A stretch of DNA of 64,000 bases from Podarcis filfolensis. Its lineage: Eukaryota. Location: NCBI GenBank assembly GCA_964270895.1, contig OZ185442.1. One strand, given 5' to 3'. The notes under the pieces were generated by a model. The model saw only the letters and a program-made list of their open reading frames with translations. It made no database searches and was not told where the DNA came from. This document shows positions 1-11,000 of the stretch, piece after piece; within the stretch, counting starts at the first letter, position 1; every line of letters starts with the position of its first letter. A program made the position numbers and the translations under genes.

Positions 1-575
1 AATCTGGACACCAGGCAGGTGCTGGTTGGGTGATCTAGTGTAAATAATAACCTACAAGGCCTTTTTCACTTCAGATTTCATATTTCTTAGGTAAACAGAA
101 ATAGATATGAGGGGAAATCAGCCAAAACAAATGTATCATGATGTAGTATATGATACTTTTAGTTTGATAAGTTTGCTGTATTCTCTTATGACTTTGTATG
201 TCATATTGAGGGCCGGCCCACCCATGAGACAAGGTGAGACAACCGCATCAGGCAGTAGGATACACAGGGGCAAACCCCAATGCTGATCTTCCTTACCCCC
301 TTGTTCCTGATGTAGATCTTCCCTGGCGCCATTTGGGATCTACCTCAGGTGCCAAAATGTCTTGGGTGGGCCCTGGTTATATTGGCTTAACACCAAATCA
401 GTTATTGTGTATGTTACTGCTATTGAAATTCCAGTTTTGGTGTTTTACAGCTTCTATTTTGGAAATGTGATATTGGTTGTATGTACTGCTAAAATCATTC
501 TCATATAAAAATAAAACCACAAACCTCCACAAAGTTAACATAAAATGTTGCAAACTCCTGTGGCGGCTCTTCTAG

Positions 576-675
576 GCAGACTCATCATCAGTCACAGCAC
601 AGCCCTGCATCCGAAGTCAGTCTTCTCCTCGGACTCGGCGAGCGAGTTCACTCCGGGCAAGACTCCAGACGTCAG
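576..675 (+). CDS. KIFC3: Probable KIFC3 penultimate coding exon (C-terminal tail of kinesin-14 motor)
   Basis: ctcttctag|GCA...TCAG|gtaag; 100 nt, phase 0 to 1; ADSSSVTAQPCIRSQSSPRTRRASSLRARLQTS(G/A) resembles the recalled human tail ...SRPGSIRRKLQPS(G/A); tail-to-tail with KATNB1 as in human. Motor domain lies outside the window. Confidence 0.55.
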
Positions 676-1660
676 GTAAGACTTGCATAGAAGCCGGCTC
701 TTCCTTTTGCTCCTCAGGGCACTCTGACTCTCCCAGAGATTCTGAGACACAGTGATGCTCTCTGGGTTTTCATGTAGAGGTGAGCTGAATTCCACAACTG
801 GTGCCTCTGGACACTCAGAGTGTGTGTGCATGTGCATTTGCCTAACTATTTCAAAACTATTTTGAAGATGAGGCCTGCAACAGGGCAAGCCCTCTCCTCA
901 CTGCTGCTGTGTAATCATCCAGGGGTAGGAGGAAGGAAGAAGCAGCATAATAGAGGTATCAGGAAGGGTGCAGTAAACAGGAGGCTGATGTCTCATTTAC
1001 CATATGATGTCAAGACACACAAATAGGCCTTGAAACGTCCCTCAAGGAAGCAGATCAGACAACCCTCCTGTTCCAGCCACCCCTCCATTCTGTATATACT
1101 GTAGATAGGGGTGGCAGTAGAGAGTGGGATTGATTTGGACCAGGATGGATGCTGGGTGCTTAGAAAATCTTCTGGCTGCTCATGTTCATGAGTAGTGGCT
1201 TTCTGCTCTTCCCGGGGCAAATCAGGTCACAATGGCAGGGGAGGGATGGGTGCATAGAACATCAAGTGTATTCCAGGAGAAGCACAGAGTGTAGGGAGCC
1301 CTCTAGACAACATTCATCTCCATGCACCTTTGCTTTGAGATCAGCTATCCTCATTTACAATTAGAACAGAGATAGTCCTTTTGCCTCCAGCCTCAAATCC
1401 ATCATTTGCCAGGCACACTCCATGTTCATCAACTTTTCTAGGAAGTTCAAGGATTAGAATTGCTCTTGTTGGATCAAATTGAAGGTTCCAGCAGCCATGC
1501 TGGACAGCCAGGTGCTGTGAGTAAACTCATCAAGACATGATGGTGTCACCCAGCACCAAGCAGCTAATTGTTCATTAATGCAGTACATGCCCGGCTGCTT
1601 TTCCTCTTAATTTATAAGTGTGGGGATGCAAAACAAACCTGTTGTCCCATTTGATTTCAG

Positions 1661-1671
1661 CCTGGAATTAA
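1661..1671 (+). CDS. KIFC3: Probable KIFC3 last coding micro-segment (A-W-N-stop) in exon 1661-1693
   Basis: gatttcag|CC TGG AAT TAA; exon ends ctccag|gtgagt at 1693; phase matches the upstream exon (G+CC=Ala, like the ...QPSA mammalian ending). Confidence 0.45.
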
Positions 1672-4293
1672 GAGAAGCTCTGTCTGCCTCCAGGTGAGTG
1701 TGGGCAGGTGCTGGGTGCTGGAGACTAAGCTGCTTAGCAAGGTGAAGGGCTATGCTTTGGCCAGGGAGGCAGGGAATGGGCACAACCTCTCCTGCTTTCT
1801 TGGGGGTCAGGGCTTGTAGTTGATGGCATTTTCACATCTGCAGAATCTGGGAAGTGGCACTGAACCTTGAGAACTTAAGTTTCCACCTTTATTTTACTTT
1901 TTAAAGCATGTTTTGATTGCTTGTAACCATGGAGGTGTATTACGAAACCTCTAGCATTCTAGGGATGGAGCCTCTGGGCATTGTATGATAACTCTTCTTT
2001 GATCTAATTGTATACTGTACTTAAAGTGCCTGCATAACTGCCTGCTCCTTCATAGATTCCTTTTCTGCTTCAGATCTCAAATCTCAAATCAGATCTCCAA
2101 ATCTGTCACCAGAGGTGGCTTTCTGACCTACCCCTGACCAGCTTCTCTTTTCTGTTGCTTTAAGAAAGTGCTTCATATTCTGAAACTCTTCCTGTGCAAG
2201 AATCAGTAATGCAGTAAACATAACTTGAAGGATCATTTGTCATTAGATTATAGAACACAATTTGTGAATTCTTTTAGTTTTGTATTTTTTAAACTTAATT
2301 AGCATGACATTCTGCACAGAGGTTTTGGCTAGAGCCTGGCCAGCTGCCACTCATGGGTGACCTGTTATGCATGTAGCAAAGAGATGGTTGGCACTCATCA
2401 TGAATGCAGTGTAGGAGTAGAAAGCAAAGTGCCCTAATATTTTCCCTTGGTTTTTTTTTTTTTTTTAGGGAAACTGAGGCCAATTCCTGTGTGAAGCAGC
2501 TGATTTGAGGAACATGCTTTTTTAAAAGGCGTTTCAGAAACCATGAATACTTTTTAAAGAGACTACTCATCTTCCTGCCCATCTCAGAGGCTAATAGACA
2601 CTGATTTGGGAGACACAAAGAAAGGGAAGCCACAGCAAAAAGAAGGGTGGTGCCATCTGCCAGCCCTTGAATTGCGAAGGGTCTCTCCATCAGACACACT
2701 CCCATCCTGAGAGAAGGTGACATGCCAGCCCCCTGTTGTACCTCATCCGTTGCTGGCAATGGATGGACTTGCGCTTGGATGCAACTGGACTTCAGGAGAT
2801 GGTTCATCTGCCTATTTGACATGAGGTGAATTTTACTATATTTTTAAAGGGAGAATGGAAGTCCTAGACCCATTCCCATCCTTTTGGCCCTCTGCATTGA
2901 TTTTTTTAATTTAATAAACTCTTTGCACCAAGATGTGGCTTCCAAGCACCATGTGTTTCTGCTTTTTATAAAACGAACAACTCAGCGGTCTTCCTTGTAA
3001 CAGAAAAGCAATAGTGGAAGCAAAATTCAGCTGGACTAGGGCAGAGCTTAACCTGCAACACTAGTACTCACTTCACACAATGAGTAGTTGGCTAGGCCAG
3101 AGCAGCTATGAGAATAGCTGGGACTAAAGGCATTTTCTCTGAATTTCATCTTTCCTCCCGCATACTCCAGGTTATTAGAAATCCTCTAATGAGCTCCACA
3201 GAAGGGATCATTGTCCCTGTAACATACAGAATTACTTATTTGCTCCTATTTGTTTTTATTATTGTATTTAAGGATATATCTGTTTATTTTCAGTCCATGT
3301 CACTTTTGTCTATGTTCCTTCTGTTTTCTCTCATTTTTCTATGTGTATTTTTTTAGAAGTCTCAAGTATGCATTTCTCTGCAAATTTAATTGTTATGAGG
3401 TGATCTATGGTCTGCCTTTTTAAAAAAAAAAGAAAAAAAACACACCTTAGGTCTCCAAGGATCCCACCCATGATGTGTACCAAGTGAATTCACTCTGGAA
3501 TATATACATCAAATTCCTTGAGTATCCCTAGTTTTCTCACTTTCAAATAATAAACTTACTCCAAATGTAAGCTCACACCACTCAACAATTCAATACAGTG
3601 CTAGGGCCGAGCACTTTATAGAATTAAATGAAATGTAGACATGCCATCAGGCGTATAAAATTAAATAGACAAAACACACAAAGGAAGTAGCATGTAGGGA
3701 GATCAGACTAAAATGGCAAGTTGTAAACTGGCATTTACTAAGGGTGTTCACGAGCCAAAAGATTCAATTTGGATATGTATCTGTTCCTTTGTTCATCAGC
3801 CCAATCTGTTCTGAGTCAATCTGTGGTCTATCTGATGCTACTTAATTCAGATTCAAATCATTTTAACAAAGCTGTTTCCTCCCTTCTGCTTTCATAAACA
3901 GCTATAACATTTTCCTTTTGACACAAGTGGATAAAATTTGCCTCTGGGGTGGATTTAGTCTACAAATTGGACTTAACTTTGTCATTAGCGGACATCCAAC
4001 ACCAGAGGGCATTCACCCCCTCAGTACTTGACTCCACAAACCAGGAGAAAAACCTCTGGGTATGTCTCTGGGCTGCTGGGGTAAACAGAGCTGGAGCTAC
4101 CCGCTTCCTCTCTGCTTTTTCCTAGGTCACTTTGGGGGCCAAGGGTCACTTTCATTTTAAAGAAGAAAAGGGCATAATATATAAAGTAAAGCATTGTAAG
4201 ACTTTCCTTTTGTGGGAGTTAGAATATGAATCTGTAACCTAAACAAAATTATGAGCTATGGAAGGGGAAAGACACAGAACTACTGTTTTTCAA

Positions 4294-4299
4294 AATAAA
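4294..4299 (+). terminator. Candidate KIFC3 polyadenylation signal (AATAAA)
   Basis: Last AATAAA on + before the KATNB1 3' UTR; earlier AATAAA copies near 2912 and 3548 are alternatives. Confidence 0.3.
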
Positions 4300-4310
4300 G
4301 TTACAAACGT

Positions 4311-4316
4311 TTTAAT
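4311..4316 (-). terminator. Candidate KATNB1 polyadenylation signal (ATTAAA)
   Basis: tttaat on + strand about 600 nt past the stop, followed on the minus strand by U-rich sequence. Confidence 0.4.
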
Positions 4317-4916
4317 GAAATTCATCATAACTTATCAGTTTATGAACAGCAGACTGTAGCGTATTAACAAGAGATGAAGGGGAAAGAGCAGGCCATTCCT
4401 CAGTATCGAGCCTTTCCACCATGGAACAAAACAAGAGGGGGCAGCAGTGTGGGGCTCAACTCCTCCAGCCCAAGAAACTAAGCTGCACAGGCAGGTGGTC
4501 CCATCCCACCCACTCCTGCCTCAAGTCCCACCACAGTGAGGATGGAAAAGAAGCAGGGCTGGGCTCATCACTAGGGAGTTGGTCCCAAGCACTGTTGGTT
4601 GCCAGGGTCTAGAGATGCTGTCCATGGTTGGATTATAACACAGCATTCCCATTTGCTGCCGCGCGCCCCCGCCCAAGGCAGCTATGTACACAGAAAGGCA
4701 GGGGGTCTGTGCCACAGCAGGACAGTCCAGTTTGCAATGTAGCCTGTAAGGCACTGAACATGGAGCACCCAACCCATCAGCCCCCTCCCTTACCTCCTGG
4801 AGAACTGTGGAGAGATGGACACCAAACAAAACTACCCGAAGTGGCTGGAGTGAGAGGCCATGGAGGGAAGACGAGCCTCAGGCGGTATGTGTGGATGGAT
4901 GAAGGGCACCACCCCA

Positions 4917-5049
4917 TCACTCAAGGACAGCCATCAGGAGGTGCAGCTCACGGAAGGCACTGCCATGGCGGCCACTGAGTCCAGATTTGTTCTTGATGAT
5001 GTTGCTGATGTTTTTCAGCTGCTTGTAGCACAGGCGGCATTTGTGAAGC
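4917..5049 (-). CDS. KATNB1: KATNB1 last coding exon ([14 protein letters not shown]...[11 protein letters not shown])
   Basis: 133 nt to TGA at 4919-4917, acceptor gacag|. Confidence 0.96.
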
Positions 5050-8000
5050 CTGTCAATGGGAAAGAGAGACTGGGATGAAGGAACGGAGGAGCTACCATGA
5101 CTGATCAACATCCACCAATACTAAATAATATTATTTAGATGCCCTGCTCTTCTGCATTTCGCAACAAGAATACTGAACTGTTAAATTCAGAACATGCTCT
5201 TGAAGCAGCAGCTAAACAAAAGTAAAGAGCATGGTAGATAAACAAACAAAAAGGTTCTTGGAAAACAGAGAAGGCATGTGATGAGTTTGGCCCAATGGGA
5301 ATATAAAACCCACACAACTAGAAAGGTCCAGCTTTCAGCGCATACCTGCTGATTGCTAGCCAGTGCAGGGACACACAGCAGCAAGGCATACAGGCTTTAC
5401 TGGCAGAAGCCAAATGAGATTTTCCCCTTCTGCACCCCCCCCCAGTAGATAGAGGCAGTTGTGTGGGAGGGAGCCCAGATATTTCCGGCCTAAAAGCAAC
5501 AAACTGGAACTGTTCAAGATTCTGTGGGGCAAGTGTGACCGAGCTAGCTGTGGGATTCAGGTGTGCAAGGAGGCTAAATTGGTACAGGGGAAGGTTCTGA
5601 TAGGATTTGCAACATAGGAACGGAAGCAACAGGGATGCCACCCTACCTCTCTTCTCTGCTAATGTCCACCCCCACGGATGGCGGCGCAGCAAGGATGTCT
5701 GTGATCAGGGGCAGAAACCTCTGCAGGATCAACTTCAGAGAAGTGCAGCCTGTCTGGACGTAACTGACAAGAGAACAAGGAGAATCAGAATAGGACAAAC
5801 GTTTTCACAACTAAACCTAAAATGCAAGTGGAGAAGCAGGTGAAGGAGGAAGGGCAGAGCCACAGCAAAATCAGTTGTCCTTCCAGTTTCTTTTCTTGTA
5901 AATCTGGATGCAGGAAGGCTTTTCTGCTGGGCACCCTGCATCTGCCCAGCAGGCTGCTGTTAAAAGCAACTGATATTCACACGACCTCTTTCTCACCCAG
6001 TTCCTTCTTCAAAATGCAACCACACTGCTGCAGGGATTTCTGAAGCACTTCCAAAAAAACCCCACCAGGGCTGAATTTGTGTGTGTACACACACACCCCT
6101 GGAGGGGGTGACACAATTGTATATAAGCGTTAACACAAAGTGATGTACACATAGATGCTGCAACTACTCAGGTTTTGAAGTGGTTTTAATATTGGGGCAG
6201 AGGAATCACTCCCTGAAAACCACAGCTTGGTGGTTAGTAAAGCAAAAGAGGAAAAAACTCAACATCCAACTTTCTTAGGAAACTCCTGCTTGAACTGCAA
6301 ACTTCTCTTGTTGGATGGTAGGGCAGCCTGCTTTAGGATGGGCCCTTCTCAGTCCTTATTTCTGCTGGTGACATCCCCTCATGATTTAAAGCTTCAAACA
6401 TGACACCAAATTTGGGCAGCGGGGGAACCCTGACCAATATAGAAGTGCACTGGGACCATGGTGACAGCAAAGTGGGCAATGGTCCCCTTCTGTTCAGGAC
6501 CTGCAAAGTGAAGTTGTGATAAGCCCAAAGCTGGCAGGCCTGCTTCCCTGCTGGCCCACCTCCAGGCCTGCTCTCTGCTTGGGCAAGTCACAACCCCACT
6601 CCCTCCAAGAATAATAAAAATGCACAAGACATGAACACACACAGGTGTGCAGCAGCTACTGCCACTTCATCAGGACCATCATCAAATGCAAGTTGACAAA
6701 ACTCTCAAAAGCTGCTGGCTACAGCTAGCCAATAAAGCACTTGATTGATCAGGCACTCTTACTCAAGGACATACATTTGTCAGAAGACTCACCTTTCATA
6801 TTTGCTTTGCAGAAGTTTCTCTATCTGAGGCAAGATGACTGTGCACAGATCCAGCTTCCAAAGAGACCTGGAAAGAGAATACAGGCTCCAGAGAGATACC
6901 CCAACCCCTGCCCTGCAACAGCAAACCCCTCTGACCTGCAGACCACTCCAGAGACCTTAGCCAGAGAGTAGCTGCTGGTCTCAGGCTAGATGGACCTCAT
7001 TCAGGACAAAGAAGCTTCATTTGCTCACCCCAAGGCAGAAAGGAGCCAAAGGATGAGACAGCGGGTGACTCTCGGCCCAGGGAATCCTCATGAGGGATCT
7101 GAGTTATGCCATGGCTCCAAGCTCAGCACAGGGCTAGCAGGTGTAAGCACCAGGTGGCACCACCAAGTCCCACATAAGTTTTCATGGGGCAGGACATGGG
7201 GGCTGCCAAGAAATAAGGCCTGGGATCCTGTGGGTAACTGTTGGCCACAACCTCCACTCCAAGAGGTGAAGAGGCACTTATAGGTTACCCAAGAAGGGAA
7301 GAGGATCCTGACCCACACGGCAGAAAGCATTCCCTAAAGGCAGGAAAGCAAACTGGAACTCACGCCTTCTGGTTGACGATGTTCAGGAGGTCCACCATAA
7401 CGGAGAGGTCGTTGATGGCCACTGCGGAGTCCACAGATGTCTGAGAAAAAGCAGGAGAGGCAAATCAGGATGAGGGCAAGTCTCCTAGAGATAGATATCA
7501 TGAAGGCAAGCCAAGTGGTGGTAAAGAAGGACGTCTTCCAAGGCTTTCAGCTACATCTGTACACAGCCTTTGGCAGAGGGGATCAGCCATGCAGGTTTCA
7601 GCCCTTCCATCGGACAAAAGAGTCTCTTTATACACAGCAGGCTATATTTTGTCAAGCAAATAGGAACAGGGTCACCTGCCATGATGATGCTCTCTTAGAC
7701 AGGAAGAATTCAACCCAGGGAACATCCTGCCTCAGGGGCTGTAAGAACCATTTCTCATCCGGAAGCTCATCTCCAGGCTAAGACAAGCACTGGCTGAGAA
7801 GCTGCCAGAACACACCAAGGCCCCCCAGGGGGCAGCCAGCAGACCTCTTGAGAGGGAGCATCCCCTAAAGGCCACTGAGGCACTTGACAGACCACCCAAA
7901 ATTAGCACAATTCTTTATGGGACTTCAAGGCTCATGCAAGTGACAGGGATAATGTGGCCATGGAAATGCCCCTTCTGAGTGGAGAGTAAGCAGGCAGCCT

Positions 8001-11000
8001 CCTCTAGTAGGAATGGCATCCACAAGAGAGAATGTGAATGCCTATTCTGAGTCTGTGTCACATCTTGAGTTACGGGGTCTCCTTGCAGGTCACAGTCCTG
8101 CCACCCACCCCACAGCTGAGAATGGTTCTGGGCTACCTCCTTGTCAGAGCAAGACTGTGTGGAAGCCCTCTCCTTCCAGCATGGGAAGGTGAGATGCTGC
8201 TGATTACACCATAATAACCAACTTGTGGAATGTATTCCTACTGCAGATTCCTCACCCCCACCCCGAATTTCAAATATTTTGGCCAGAAGAAAGGGATGTG
8301 TTGGCTGCCTAAGGTCAGCAGGAAGAACAGGAGCCTTCTTAAAAGGCACAGGGCCTGCTCCCAAAGCAGCCCCTCTCCCCAGCTGGAGCAAAAGATGCTC
8401 ATTCATCATCTGCATCTCCCTTGGTCAACTGATAACAATGAAACTTCAAGCTTTTTGTATCCAAGCTGACAGTGGTGGGAGGTTTGAGATCTGGACCTAC
8501 TAAGCCCAAAGCCCCTGGAACTGTGCTGCTTAACAAAGGCAATGAAAAGGCCACTTGCTTTGATGTCTCCAGTGCTCCACACGGCCCTCACGGTGTCCAA
8601 GTTCTTGTGGCGGCTGGTAAGCACCACGCACATGGTCTCGTGTCCCTTCCGGATTTGGGACATGGCCTCTTCATCCACAATCTCCGCCAGGTTTTGGTTG
8701 TTCACAGCCTGCAAGGACAGAAAGGAAAGGGAACTTGGCATTGATGGTCTAATTTGTAATGTATTACACACACAAACACATAAATTATACCTTTTTGTAT
8801 AGTTTATTACAGTTTTACTTAACACAACTAGAGGCAGAAACATTACTGTTAAAAGAATAGAACATATTAGGTCTATCACTACAATTGGAAAGATGGGGAT
8901 GCTGGGCTGTGAATTCTTTTCTACCGTCTCCTTGATAAGACTACCTTTGATTTGTTCAGAATGGCTGGCTGGCTCTACTTTTTCTCTTGATTCAATCATA
9001 CTATTTACTACCCAACCAAATCACCAGCCATACAATTAAATTATTTGTACCCTAGCTGAGAAATATCTAAAGTGTTTAGCCAGGGAGGGGATCTACCATC
9101 CATGCTCTTGCTAAAGGCTAGTTTCTGATGTCCTTTCATCTAAACATTATCCCTTCTTTTGTGGACCAGTTTACCTGCGGGATTGGCTTACCCCATCTGA
9201 GACCTTTTGACCACTTTGATCTGTGGAACTGGCACTGTTACAAGGACCACAATACAAAATTGCAGCAGCACCCACACTTTGGAACTCCCTGCCTATTGAC
9301 ATAAAACAGGCACCTTCACTGTCCCCTTTTTGACACCTGCTAAAAACTTCTGAAGCAGCCAAAGAGCAGGGTGTGCAGGACAGGCAAATCACTAGACTTT
9401 CCTCCCTGCCCAGGTGACAGCCACTTGTCGTTCCCAATCCCTCTTCTACAGGGAAGAAACTTACCGGCAAAAAGTCAGAGGCCTTCAGCCCGATAGGCTC
9501 ATTCCTGGCTGCAGGGATCACAGATGGCTCAACCTTGGTCTTGGGGGTCGAGGATGCTATTGGCGACCTCTGAATAGGGTCAGGCTGCTGTGGGAAGTGG
9601 AGATGGAGACAGAGTAGACACACCTGGGCTGTAAGCTTTGATACCATATTTGCAACCACCTGGCTATACTGAGCACCACATACTGAGCACCACTGATCCT
9701 CCATGGCATGTCAACAAAGGACTTGATGCATTCCTCCTTCGTTTTCTAAGCAGACCCACTAGAGGCTATTGGCAACTTCTGAGTGGTCAGCTCCAAGGCA
9801 CCTGGAGCACTTCAAATGAAGTTAAGGATCAGGTGCAAGATAGGATCTGCTCAGGAAATCCCTGGGTCTCATCTTGCCCCCCACCCCACCTCCACCACAT
9901 TTGGCTGTAAGAAAGAAGCTTGCAGGGAATTCCAACCACCAGAACCAAGATCTGCAGGGGAAGGCCTTTCAAAACCACTCAGAGGTTTTGGCAATTAAGT
10001 GGTGTGTAATTTTTTTAATTAAAAAAATGATAGTAATTAAAAAATCCTCCACTGAGCCCAGCCTTTCCCAATCTGGAGCCCTCCAGATGTTTTGGACTAC
10101 AACTCCTTTACAAATAATGGGAGTCGTAGTCCAACACACCTGGAGGTTGGCCATGGCTGGTCTGGACTTCCTTGCTTAGAACACAGTGACAGGCCACTGC
10201 CTCTTTTTCATGCTGCTAGAGCAGGGTTTCCCAAACTTGGGCCTCCAACTGTTTTTGGACTACATTTCCCATCATCCCCGACCACTGGTCCTGCAGGCTA
10301 GGGACGATGGGAGTTGTAATCCCAAAAGAGCTGGAGACCCAAGGCTGGGAAATCCTGGGATAGAGGCACCATCATTTCTGGAGCCAGGGTGGGGGGGAAG
10401 CAGGAATAGGAGAGGGCACACCAATGGATGCAAGGCACTTACATTCTCTTGGCTTGGCAACGGAGTCGGAATATCTGCCACTTGACTGAGCCTTGAGGCT
10501 TCTTTGGCAACCATGGGCTCTGGAGGGAAGAAAAACTATGTTTTCTTACTATCAAGACTGCACAAATAGTGGCAGCAGGCGAGAGCTCTGCCCTAGAAGT
10601 CAAAGACCCTGGGATCTATGGCCCTGGGCTCAAAGGCTCCTGCCACTCCCACCCAAGACAGTCCATGGCTCTTTTGCCCCAAAGGCCGACATGCTGCCCT
10701 TTGGAGGCAAAGCTGAAGAATCCGAACTCGAGAAAAAGATAACTCATAACTTCCCCCAGCAACATAGACATTGTAAATGTCCATGTGAAGCCAGCAATAC
10801 AGTAGATGTATGGAGATCTTCTCTGGTTCTTTCTCAATACTTGAAAAAGAAATTCCAGCTCACCATCCTCTGGAGGTGCAGGAAAAGGTTCACTCTTGTT
10901 GGGTGGAGTTCGAGCTGAAAAAGACAAAAAATAAAGCGCCTAACCTTGCACTCCATTTAAGTTACACAAGAAATTAGAGGATCCTGTGGTGTCACCTTCA

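Noticed and set aside
676-717. Strong acceptor (ttccttttgctcctcag) 42 nt after the 675 donor
   Set aside because: A 42-nt intron is below the usual vertebrate minimum; no evidence of use.
592-888. 98-aa minus-strand ORF
   Set aside because: Antisense shadow of the probable KIFC3 exon; no recognisable homology or splice support.
2295-2822. 175-aa minus-strand ORF
   Set aside because: Runs through a poly-A tract, has no domain similarity and lies in the presumed KIFC3 3' UTR.
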